Position numbers and translations under genes: made by a program. From assembly GCF_036971445.1 (NCBI RefSeq), contig NC_091470.1, positions 348,998,001 to 349,062,000 on the forward strand: DNA of 64,000 nucleotides, written 5' to 3'. Below the pieces are notes generated by a model. It did not search any database and had not been told where the DNA came from. It saw only the letters and a program-made list of their open reading frames with translations. Shown in pieces: positions 53,639-64,000 of the stretch. The stretch comes from Narcine bancroftii. Lineage: Eukaryota. Numbering within the stretch: position 1 is the first letter of the stretch; each line of letters starts with the position of its first letter.

Positions 53639-53722
53639 CTCCATCTTTCAAAAAAGAATGAGGACTGATTCAATTCTGCCAAGACAGCCGGTACGATACA
53701 TGTCCATAATTTTCCCACCAAA
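53639..53722 (+). CDS. Candidate 84-nt exon, unknown product
   Basis: Acceptor ttcattgccttttcag|, donor aaa|gtaagc, single open frame SIFQKRMRTDSILPRQPVRYMSIIFPP, symmetric phase. Confidence 0.22.
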
Positions 53723-54196
53723 GTAAGCACAAAGGGGCATATTTTTAAATACGACCAACATCGAATTAGCATTATGTTCAAATGGGTTCTTAGAGTCATA
53801 GAGAATGATCTGCTCATTTTGCTGACATCACAATCTTAGGCTGAGTGGGTGGTGTGAATTTGTTAATTAGTTGATTTTAATGCAAGGGCAGTGAGAATTC
53901 TGAACGACCAAAGGAACTGCTCTACACTAATCATCCAAAACTCTCATATTCATGAAACAAAATCTATTTATATAGTCAAGATAAAATGAACTATTTGTAC
54001 TTCTCACTGTAGTAACTGTAGTGCACCACTGTGTAGCATATGTGAGTGTGTGGACAGTTTTCCTGAGATGGTGAAAGGCATCAGTAAGTAAAGGTCTCTT
54101 CTGTTATCTGAATCTTGCATTTCTAAGTTATTTAAGAAGCCTCCCAAGTAACCCAGAGACACAACAGTATAGATGAAATACTTGCCCTGCATATGT

Positions 54197-55116
54197 TTTC
54201 TTCTTTCTTTGGCTTGCCTTCACGGACGAAGATTTATGGAGGGGTATGTCCACGTCTGCTGCAGGCTCGTTGGTGACTGACAAGTCCAATGCAGGACAGG
54301 CAGGCACGGTTGCAGAGGTTGCAAGGGAAAATTGGTGGGTTGGGGTTGGGTGTTGGGTTTTTCCTCCTTTGTCTTTTGTCAGTGAGGTGGGCTCTGCGGT
54401 CTTCTTCAAAGGAGGTTGCTGCCCACTGAACTGTGAGGCGCCAAGATGCACAGTTGGAGGCGATATCAGCCCTCTGGCAGTGGTCAATGTGGCAGGCACC
54501 AAGAGATTTCTTTAAGCAGTCCTTGTACCTCTTCTTTGGTGCACCTCTGTCTCAGTGGCCAATGGAGAGCTCGCCATACAACACGATCTTGGGAAGGCGA
54601 TGGTCCTCCATTCTGGAGACGTGACCCACCCAGCACAGTTGGGTCTTCAGCAGCATGGATTCGATGCTTGCGGACTCTGCCAGCTTGAGTACTTCGATGT
54701 TGGTGATGAAGTCATTCCAATGAATGTTGAGGATGGAGCGGAGACAGCGCTGATGGAACCGTTCTAGGAGCCATAGGTGGTGTCGGTAGAGGACCCATGA
54801 TTCGGAGCCGAACAGGAGCGTGGGTATGACAACGGCTCTATACACGCTGATCTTTGTGTGTTTCTTCAGGTGGTTGTTTTTCCAGACTCTTTTGTGTAGT
54901 CTTCCAAAGGCGCTATTTGCCTTGGTTGAGTCTGTTGTCTATCTCTTTATCGATCCTTGCATCAGATGAAATGGTGCAGCCGAGGTAGGTAAACTGGTTG
55001 ACCGTTTTGAGTTCAGTGTGCCCAATGGAGATGTGGGGGGGGGGGGGGGGGGGGGGGGCTGGTGGTCATGGAGGGGAGCTGGCTGATGGAGGACCTCAGT
55101 TTTCTTCAAGCTGACT
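54197..55116 (-). mobile_element. Young RTE LINE 3' fragment
   Basis: Same family as 51647; extends further 5' (FTYLGCTISSDA); G25 run at 55034-55058. Confidence 0.93.
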
Positions 55117-55162
55117 TATTATATGTATTGCTTTTCAGAATGTATGTTATGTCTGGTTACAT

Positions 55163-56211
55163 TGTTATGAGTCCAGAGGACCCCAAAACCCAGCAGCGAT
55201 AGATATTCACCAAGACAAATGGTTACTTAAACATTGTTATCTTTAAACATAAAAATAGAATCACACTTCAACTTATCACTATTGACTTAATAACTTAACT
55301 TAACCCCCTCTAATTCTAAGCGTACATGTATGTAATGTGTGTGTAAGTTCAGAAAAATTCTTTGGTTCACAGTCCAATTTCACTTCTTATTCCTCTTTGT
55401 ACACTGGTTGCAGTCAATTCTTATACTGTGCATAGAATTTAACATTTATAAACTTCACCAGGCTTTGGTACTTGAAAGATAAGTGGATACTGCTCAGAAA
55501 GGTTCTTGTCAGTCTCAGAGAGAGATTTGTTGTATGCTGGACACCCACAACTGATTACTTTTTGATTTATTGTATGGTGGACACCCACAACTGATTACTT
55601 TTTAATCAGTCACTTCAGTGTCTTGCTGAAGAAACCTGCCCCATCAGGGTTCTCCAGATGATAAACTTTCAGGTCACCACAGGCTTCCTTTTTGTTTCTC
55701 TTGTTTCAAGTGAAACATTAGACAGCCAGTTCTCTTCTCTTGCATGGACCACAAGGGGTTTGACAGGCTGAACGAAGCACTTGCAACCCGTCTTCCAAAT
55801 GGGGTTTTCCACAAGCTTGCCAGCTTGTCCTGTTCTAATTCCAGTTGCTGCTGCTGACTGTAAAACTGCAGAACTGAACTCTCTGTGTGTGTCTCTCTCA
55901 GAGGAAAAGCCTGTTTTTCTCTCTCTCTGCTTGCAAAACCACATGACCTTCTTAGAACTGCAATTTCCATTGCAGACAGTCTGCGGCTCCGACGAGTTCT
56001 TTTATCTGTTGCCTTTTTCTAAACAACCATCCATTAGTGAAGTCTCTTGGGCACTCTCTAAAGCTTTTGCAAATGCTCTGGGGCCGACATTTCTAGCATG
56101 AGCAGAGCTCCAGTATTTTAAATAAGATCTGTTTTAAAGTGTTTGTATGTGACCTACTCTTAAAAACCTGCCCCAATTTATCTCCCAAAAACATATCTAT
56201 ATTCTGTCACC
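55163..56211 (-). mobile_element. ~1-kb solo LTR, family A
   Basis: tgttatgagtccagaggacccc ... tattctgtcac; internal tandem duplication ~55525-55605. Confidence 0.9.
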
Positions 56212-56321
56212 GTATGTCTGTGTTTTTTGCACTAAGGGCCAGAGAATGCTGTTTCAGATGAGAATAAACTTGATTTGATTTTAAAAAGTGAAAGTTCCCC
56301 TTTAAAAATATAAGATCAGTG

Positions 56322-56602
56322 TGTGGCGGCTCACCAAGAGGCAGGCGAACCGGCTCCGCTTGTAAGCCACGCGGCAATGCAGCCATCCTAAATTGGGGGT
56401 TTCCCTTCCTTCCAGCACGGGGCTTAAAAGTCCACGCTGGAGGACCACGTGATGCCTGGGTGACATCAGCATCCTTCAGTGCAGTTCTCAGTCAGGTCCG
56501 GGCTGGGAGTATAAGAGCAGCCTGCAATAAACTAGTCTGCTCACTGAGCTCAACCCCTCTGGTTGTGTGTGTTCTTTCAGGAGCAGGGTAGCTGCCACTA
56601 CA
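56322..56602 (+). mobile_element. Gypsy-type solo LTR with 4-bp TSD
   Basis: TGTGGCGG...CTACA, TATAA, AATAAA; TSD agtg at 56318-56321 and 56603-56606. Confidence 0.85.
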
Positions 56603-56864
56603 AGTGCATCTTTAAAGAGGAAATACTAAAGCTATGCTTAAGAACTGCTGCCCATCTTCTACCTGGACAAATTGCAGTCTTCCAGATTCAATACGGGAAT
56701 CTGTTACTTCAGATTACTTGCTTTTGTTGTCTGCATTAGGACAGGCTGGGCCAAACATTTGTGAATTGGTTTCTCTCTTCATTAGTATACCTTGACTTGC
56801 TGCTTGTGTCCTTTTCAACTAACTACCCTAATTTCAGTATTTTTTTAAATAACATTCTTTTTTC

Positions 56865-57801
56865 TGTGACAGAGTATATAGATATGTTCTTGGGAGATAT
56901 ATTGGGAAAGGTTTGTTAGAGTAGGTCACATACAAACACCTTAAAACAGATCTTATTTAAAATACTGTAGCTCTGCTAATGCTAGACATATCTGTGCCTC
57001 AACAGCTTTTGCAAGAGCTGTGGAGAGTGCTAAAGATACTTCACTAATGGATTGTTGTTTACAAAAGGCAACAGATGAAAGATATTGTGGGAGCTGCAGA
57101 TTGTCTGGAAGAGAACTTGTTATTCTAAGAGGGTCATGTGGTTTTGCAAGCAGAGAGATTCAAACAGGCTTTTTCTCTGAGAGAGAGACACACACACAGA
57201 TCAGTTCTGCAGTGTTACAGTCGGTAGAAGCAGCTGGAAAAGGACAAGCTGTCAAGCTTATGGAAAGCCCCATTTGGAAAACACCCTCGTCAAAACCCTT
57301 GTGGTTCATGCAAGAGGAGAGGACTGGCTGTCTAATGTTTCACTTGGAATAAGAGAAACAAGAAGGCACTCTGTGGAGTCCTGAAAGAAAGAGGTTATCA
57401 TCTGGAGAATCCTGAAGGGGTCAAGTTTCGTCAGCAAGACACTGGAGTAACTGATTAAAAAGGAATTAGTCGTGGATGTCCTGGAACAACAAATCTCTCT
57501 CCGAAAATCGACAAGGAACTTCCTGAGCGGTAACAATTTACCTTTCAAGCACCAAAGCCTGGCGAACTTTATATTTAATTCTGTGCCCAGTGTAAGAATT
57601 GCACGCAACCAGTGAACTTGGAGGGATGAGAAGTGAGATTGGACTGTGAACCAAAGAACGTTTCTGAACTTACATACACGTGCGCTTAGAATGAGAAGGG
57701 GGTTAAGTTAAAGTGTGATCCTGTTTTCATGTTTAAAGATAATTAAAAGCAACTTTTGTTTAAGTAACCATTTGTCTTGGTGAATGCTGCTGGGTTTTGG
57801 A
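56865..57801 (+). mobile_element. ~1-kb solo LTR, family A (3' end clipped)
   Basis: tgtgacagagtatatagatatg start; inverted relative to 55163-56211. Confidence 0.9.
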
Positions 57802-58021
57802 CTAGTACCATTTTTCTCCCTAAATACACCTGACTCCATGATTCCAAATATACCATTTGCCCATCCATTCCTCTTCCTCAACCTCCTTGAATTACTTGTT
57901 TTCTCTCCTTCCCAGACCCCAAAAGACAGTTTCTTTCTCTTCCCAAAGTTCCAGTTTGACTTGTTGAATGTTTGCTGCTATTATTCCAGATGTCCAGCTC
58001 TTTTTTTTTTAAACAAAAAAT

Positions 58022-58183
58022 TCACGCTGCACCCTGCTTTTTCGGACTCTTTTGCCATTTAAGATTGTCTTTTCCATTGCACAGCTGATGTCCCCATGAA
58101 TGCATGTTTTGGATCAGTCGTGCTGCAAAGTCTTCAGAGTGCAAATACTGCTCAAACGTCACGCTTTCTGCAAGCAGACTCAT
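58022..58183 (-). CDS. Candidate first coding exon or small ORF (53 aa) leaving the CpG island
   Basis: Kozak-like cccaccATG; MSLLAESVTFEQYLHSEDFAARLIQNMHSWGHQLCNGKDNLKWQKSPKKQGAA; only a weak donor (agc|gtgaat); no homology recognised. Confidence 0.25.
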   Translation of the reverse strand: MSLLAESVTFEQYLHSEDFAARLIQNMHSWGHQLCNGKDNLKWQKSPKKQGAA

Positions 58184-58249
58184 GGTGGGGAGCTGTCCGA
58201 GGACATGCACGGATCAATATGAAGAGCAACACTTGGAACATCCTTTTCT

Positions 58250-58897
58250 GATGCCAAATGGGGCCACGTCTAACGACGTGCAGGCAAACCCACGCGCCGA
58301 TCCCCCTGACAGTTCAACCCCCCCTGGAATGAACATGCAGGGCAAATCAGCGGCCGGCCGCGCGGTGCACGTCGGGGATGATAGTTCGGCGTCCGGCCGC
58401 GCGGTGCACGTCGGGGATGATAGTTCGGCTCGCGGTCGCAGGCTTTCTGTGGCGCGCGGGCGAACACCAGTGCCCATCGGGCCGCGCGCCGTTTTCTTCC
58501 CCGCCCCCTCGCTCGGTGGGCTCGGCGCACGTGACTTGCCGGGGGGGCGGGGTTTGCCGCTGGAGACTGCTGCGTGCCGACAACGTCTGGGTCACCGCGG
58601 AGGGAGGTAATGGCTTGATGCTGCGCGTTTGTGCCGATAATTCTATTGCAGAGATGTGTTGTGGAAGCAGGGTTTCCCGCTGCATTGAAATCCTCTGGGA
58701 TGTCCTGAGGTTGGGTCGGTTCCCCCCCCTCCCCCCTCCTCCCCCCTCCTCCCCCCTCCTCCTCCTCCTCCTCCCCCCCACTCCTCCTCCTCCCCCCCCA
58801 CTCCTCTCCCTCCTCCTCCTCCTCCACCTGTGCGCAGGAAAGAAAAGTCCGAGGATTCAGTCGGATGCACCGTTTGAACAGACTGGGGCGAGTTTCA
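58250..58897. promoter_or_regulatory. CpG island promoter
   Basis: The only non-repeat CpG-dense block; GC boxes 58499-58508 and 58544-58552, E-box gCACGTGac 58528-58533, TTTCCCGC 58673-58680, donor gag|gtaatg at 58606/58607. Confidence 0.8.
58354..58429. repeat. 39-bp tandem duplication in the CpG island
   Basis: ccggccgcgcggtgcacgtcggggatgatagttcggc at 58354 and 58393. Confidence 0.95.
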
Positions 58898-59097
58898 NNN
58901 NNNNNNNNNNNNNNNNNNNNNNNNNNNNNNNNNNNNNNNNNNNNNNNNNNNNNNNNNNNNNNNNNNNNNNNNNNNNNNNNNNNNNNNNNNNNNNNNNNNN
59001 NNNNNNNNNNNNNNNNNNNNNNNNNNNNNNNNNNNNNNNNNNNNNNNNNNNNNNNNNNNNNNNNNNNNNNNNNNNNNNNNNNNNNNNNNNNNNNNNN
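58898..59097. other. Assembly gap
   Basis: 200 N. Confidence 1.
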
Positions 59098-59149
59098 TAA
59101 CGTTACATCTGTCCATTGACTTAGATCCTGCCAATCTGAGGCCGCCTGC

Positions 59150-59565
59150 AATTTTGAGGAAAACTACAATGTATTCGATCTTGGCATTCTCCAACCATGT
59201 GGCATTAACATCGACCTCCAATTTTTGTTAACTCCCTCCCCTGAGTATCTCCTTCCCTATCTCTCTGTCTCCTTTCTTCCAGCTCCACCCCTTTTCTTCT
59301 GAGAGCTACTATTGACCCTCTTCTATCACCTCTGCATTTTCTCCTCGACCCTTCCACCTGTATCCACCTATGACTTCTTATTTGTTAGCCTGCGCTTCTC
59401 CCCTTCCCCTTCCTCCCTCTTCTGCACTCTTCCCACCCTTTTAATTTAAATGTCTGCCTGTTTTTGATATCCCTCATGAAGGGCCCAGGCCTGACACATT
59501 GGTACTCTTTACTTTGTATGGACACTGCATGATCTGCTGAGTTTTTCCAGTACATTTGTATATCA
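59150..59565 (+). mobile_element. Penelope-like 3' end
   Basis: LGILQPCGINIDLQF motif, pyrimidine-rich tail, catgaagggcccaggcctga. Confidence 0.65.
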
Positions 59566-60256
59566 TGTATAAATGAGTGGATGCAATACAAGGGTGAGGT
59601 AAAGATATAATTGAGGCAGAGATAATTAAGAGAGTGCAACTGTTTGGGTCCGAGATGATGGTAATGTGTGAAAGGGATAGAAACTGTCAAAGAATGAAAC
59701 TCTTCTGTCAGTCCCTGCTGTAAAACATCTTTCTTGGGTACAGAGATCAAAGCTTTAAGTGTGGCCTTACTGAAGCTCCATTCAATGTCTGTATGATTTA
59801 GTTAACTTCTAAAAAATGAACAATTTGCTTTTAATTTACCCTGTTTACTTTTTCGGTTTTGGCACACCAAAGATGTATATCGTTGTTCAAAAAAATATAT
59901 TGGACTGCGAATTTTGTATGCTTTGTGAATGAATTTGATCAGAAACTTGGTCATGAAGCACGATTAGGTTGTTTATATCCTGTTGTGTATTTCTGCAAAA
60001 TCAGCTTGGAATCTTTGTGAACGTGCGTGATTGGACATCATTGGAAGTGTAAAACAGATTGCACGTATTGATGCAGAGCAGGAGAAGTATGGAAGCATGT
60101 TCTGAAAGACAGATGAGAGATAGGAGCAGAATTAGGCCATTTGGCCAATTAAGTATGCTGTTCCATTTGAATCATGGCTGATGTATTCCTGCTTTCAACC
60201 CTATTTTCCTGCCTTCTTCTTATAACCTATGATGTCATTTCTAATCAAGAACCTAT

Positions 60257-60450
60257 TGTGACAGAGTATATAGATATGTTTTTGGGAGATAAATTGGGAA
60301 AGGGTTGTTAGAGTAGGTTATATACAAACACTTTAAAACAGATCTTATTTAAAATACTGGAACTCTGCCTCATAGTAGACGTATTGGCTCCAGAGATTTT
60401 GCAAGATCTTTGAAGAGTGCTTCACTCTTCACTAATACTTCACTAATGGA
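60257..60450 (+). mobile_element. 5' fragment of LTR family A, between CR1 fragments (60110-60256 minus; 60450-60990 plus)
   Basis: tgtgacagagtatatagatatgtttttggg; followed by the CR1 ORF1 end (GGLN*) and YFNARSIVGK. Confidence 0.8.
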
Positions 60451-61239
60451 TATCTGAACTGCTACAGGAAGGTATGCTAGTGCTGCTCCAGGTGGTTTAA
60501 ACTAGATTTGCAAGGGGATGGGAACCTGAGTACCAGATCAGAGAGAGAAGTGGAGGAGGGAAAAGATTATGTGAAAATTACATGTAGTGTTAGAAGTCAA
60601 TAAGTTCTACAAGGTGGCAATGTTCTCAAATACTTCTATTTCAATGCAAGGAGTATTGTTGGAAAGGCAGACCAACTTGGATTGGCATGTGGAATTATTA
60701 CATAATGACCATTAGTGAAACTTGGTAGGAGGAGGGACAGGACTGGCATTTCAAGTTCTGGGCTTCCATTGCTTCAGCCATGATAGAAAGGTTGGTGGTG
60801 TGACCAGAAAGGTGGAGCTGAGGAATTGGAAAGGTATGACCACATTCATGGGGGTTTTATTATAGACAGCCCAATAGTCAATGAGAATTGGCAGAGCAAA
60901 TCTACAGTGAGATAGCAGACATGTGTAGGAAACATAAGGTTGTGATTTTAATTTTATGCATATTGACTGGGACTGGATGGGATGGATTTGCTGGTTGCTA
61001 TTGGGGCTGCAGAGAGGTTCTGCTGGGTGAAAGAGGGGCACTTCCACACGTTTTCCTCTGTTGCCCCCACACAGAGCTGCAACAATCAGGAACTGGGATG
61101 TTGAGTTACCCTTACCTGCTAACTCAGTGGGTCATTGAAGTTGGCCTGTGGTCATTGTTCCAACTCTTGCTTGCTCTCATGTCACTTCTGTTTCCCACAC
61201 ACTTATAAATGGTTCAGTTTACAAATGGTTCCCACCGAT

Positions 61240-61930
61240 TGCCTCTTGGCACCTTCCCTTGTGACCACATGTCCTTCACCATCATTTGGGACCCCAAACA
61301 GCCCTTTCAAGTAAAGCAACACTTCACTTGTGTATCCGCGGGAGTTATTTACTGCATCCAGTGCTCTCACTGTGGCCTTCTGCACATGGAGAGACTGGAT
61401 GCAGACTGGGAGATCGCTACGCTGAGCATCTTTGCTCTGTCCGCATGAGTGACAGTGATCTCCTAGTGGCAAATTGCTTCAATTCTGTGCCCCACTCCCA
61501 AGTGTGTCCATGGCTTCATGTACTGTTCCCAGACCCTCCCCCCCCCACCACCCCAAAGACCACCTGTAAATTGGAGCAACACTTAATTTTCCCTCTGGGA
61601 ACTCTCTAACTGGATGGCATTAACATTGACTTCTCCCGTTTCTGCTAGCCTTCTCCCTCCCTCCTCTTTCCCTTTGTCTTCTTTCCTCCAGCTATCCACC
61701 CCTTCCCTTGCTGGTGTACCTTCCCACCTTTATCCGCGTATTTCCTCCTGCCTTTGGGACTGTGCTCCTACCCTCTCCCCTCTCACCATCCCATCATTTT
61801 GTTGGGGTGCTTCCTACATTTTTTCATACATTGATGAAGGGCTCAAGCTGGAAACGTTCATTATCTATCTTTATCTAAAGTACACTGACCTGCTGAGTGG
61901 TTCCTGCAGACTTTCATGTTTTACCACTTG
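61240..61930 (+). mobile_element. Penelope-like element, GIY-YIG endonuclease remnant and tail
   Basis: GTFPC...KQPFQVKQHFTCVSAGVIYCIQCSHCGLL / GETGCRLGDRYAEHL / KLEQHLIFPLGTL. Confidence 0.88.
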
Positions 61931-62189
61931 GGTATGGAATCTGGCATAGCAGGGGACTTCTGTATTCAAGTTCCAAGGGATCCATTGATGTTGAGGTGGC
62001 ATTGCATTTAAAAAAAAACCCTAGCTGAGCACATGGATGTAAGAAGAAAGTGATGGGTGCAATTTGGCAACAGTATGCAGATGAGTGGGAGAATCTTGGG
62101 AGAACTTGGAGGGTTGAATCTTGAGGGTTATGGATGTGAGGTAAGGATGGATTTGATTGTTATGGAATAGGTTTACAGAGGTTGGCACT

Positions 62190-62757
62190 TGTTATGGACT
62201 GACCTTTTGGACTGTGGACTGTCATTATAAAGGATGGATTTCTGCTAAGAGCTCTGTGCAACTTGTGGTACAGCTAAATGCAAACTCACCAATTGCTTGG
62301 AACTTTTGAGAACAAAGGAAGAATCCAGCTGTGAACCAGAGAGTAGCAGAGGGTAGTTGGAGTGGCAGAGGGCTGCTGGAGAACTGTGTGAAGTGCACGA
62401 GCCTCGTAAGTGAGGATTGGTAAGTTTACTGCAACACAACATCAGTCCAACCTCTTCAATATGATGTCCTTTGTTATCAGTTAAAGAACTGAATTTGGAC
62501 ATTGAACTCTGAATTCTGTGAACTGTATATTTTGGGGGATTTTTCCTTTTTGAACATTGGGCACAGACCGTAATGATCTGGGTGTTTCACCTACACACTC
62601 TTTATAAATATATGATATCAGTATATTTGCTATTGATACTTATAGTGGGGTCAATTATGTTAAGACTTTATATATTAATGACTATTAACAAAATATAGAG
62701 TTAAAATTTAATCCGTTTGAATTGAGTCTTCTATTATTGCTGGTTTGATACGTAAAA
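62190..62757 (+). mobile_element. ~570-bp solo LTR inserted in a CR1 3' tail
   Basis: tgttatgg start, ...gatacgtaa end; the CR1 tail ggttggcac...acattgtgtgccgaagggcctgtac is split around it. Confidence 0.55.
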
Positions 62758-63261
62758 AAAGTACATTGTGTGCCGAAGGGCCTGTACTGTGCTGTAAGAG
62801 AAGATAAATAATTCTGGATTAACGATAAATGTGTTTTATTGAGAATTACAAGATGTGGAGTATTCTGATATCTTCATTTTCCATTCTTATCAATGGTGCT
62901 GACTGATTCAAGAGTAATATTTCAAAGCCTGATGATGTGAAATTGGGGGCATGGTAAATGCGATGAAATTGGCAGTGGGCCAATGAGTGGCTGGAGAGAA
63001 ATATTCTCATATTTCATATCTTATGTTTGCTACTGATGAAGAAGGAGGCCCCTTGAGCATGCAGTCTTTCAAAGTCTTTTTTTCCCCCCCTGTTTATTTC
63101 TCTGTAATCTTTTCTCTTCCACATAATTCTCTGGGCCTCCTACCACCCACTACATTAAAGACAATATGGCAACTAACATGTCAGTACATCTTTGGAATGA
63201 GGGTTAGACACTGGACACCTAGTGGAAAGCAACACAATCAGAGGGAGAGCACATGAACTTC

Positions 63262-63960
63262 TCAGATTTCAGATTTATTGTCAAAAGTACACACATAACA
63301 TCACATACAATCCTGAGATTCTTTTTCCTACATGCATGACAGAATTATCACTAATTGGTAGTACAAAAAAACCTGTTACACAGGGTGTACATGTAAACAA
63401 ACAAAGTTCTGTAAACAGATAACAAATGTAAACAAACTGCAATACAGAGAGAATAAAAAAGAAAATCAATAAAGTGCACAAGTAAAAGTCCTTCAATGAG
63501 TTTGTTGTTGAGGAGTCTGATGGTGGAGGGGGAACAGCTGTTCCTGAACCTGAGTCTTGTGGCACTTATTCTTCCTTCCTGACGGCAACAGTGAGAACAG
63601 AGCATGTGCTGGGTGGTGTGGGTCTTTGATGATTGCTCCTGTGTTCCAACAGTAGCTTTTCCTGCAGATGTTCTCAGTAGTGGGGAGGGTTTTGGAGGGC
63701 TTTACCCTCAGGGGTATTGATGCCCCCATACCAGACCATGATGCAGCCAGTCAGCACACTTTCCACCAGACCTCTGTAGAAATTTGCCAAGGTTTCTGGT
63801 GCCACAAATTCCTGAGGAAGTCGAGACACTGATGTGCTTTCTTCAGGATGACATTGGTGTGTTGGGTCCAAGAAAAATCCTCTTTGATAGTGATTCCCAA
63901 GAACTTAACAATGACAGGTTAGGATCGAACTGGGATTGCTGTAACTGTGAGACAACAGCA
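63262..63960 (-). mobile_element. Rex1/Babar LINE 3' part
   Basis: TLANFYRGLVESVLTGCIMVWYG; IIKDPHHPAHALFSLLPSGR. Confidence 0.9.
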
Positions 63961-64000
63961 CAGTCTGCTTAGGGGTTATGCGGGTAATGAGAAGGTGGAG

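Noticed and set aside
55034-55058. G25 run as a functional G4
   Set aside because: An expanded homopolymer inside an RTE copy; its length is unreliable in assemblies
58104-59151. Long overlapping ORFs (168, 240, 293 aa) across the CpG island
   Set aside because: High GC suppresses stops; the peptides are low-complexity, include the 39-bp duplication, and some run through N gaps
62853-62906. Signal-peptide-like micro-ORF MWSILISSFSILINGAD
   Set aside because: 17 codons then a stop with no convincing splice exit; compatible with chance
1-64000. CRISPR array, operon or other prokaryote-type system; RAG-type RSS array
   Set aside because: I saw no regularly spaced repeat-spacer array, no gene-dense region and no heptamer-spacer-nonamer pattern; the content is vertebrate repeat DNA

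Overview
Eukaryotic, repeat-dominated window. The CR1, Rex1/Babar, RTE, Penelope, V-SINE/HE1-like and Gypsy mix points to a cartilaginous fish, probably a batoid (inference). More than half appears to be decayed and often nested transposons. These include many CR1 and Rex1 LINE fragments, three young RTE copies, an L1 with a 14-bp TSD, Penelope fragments, a gag-deleted Gypsy provirus (41.2-44.7 kb), six copies of a ~1-kb solo LTR, several short solo LTRs, a Chapaev3-like transposon carrying a Tigger MITE, and a 5S-derived SINE. The main non-repeat landmark is a CpG island at ~58.25-58.9 kb with promoter motifs, a 39-bp duplication and a plus-strand splice donor. I cannot name any host protein-coding gene. 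A few exon-like unique segments, mostly on the minus strand, are reported at low confidence. I see no firm evidence of a new multi-gene system. The best leads are the promoter with its inverted-repeat neighbourhood, a possible cryptic minus-strand (pseudo)gene, and uncharacterised hairpin-rich elements. Family names come from motif recognition, not database searches, and many boundaries are approximate. There are three assembly gaps.
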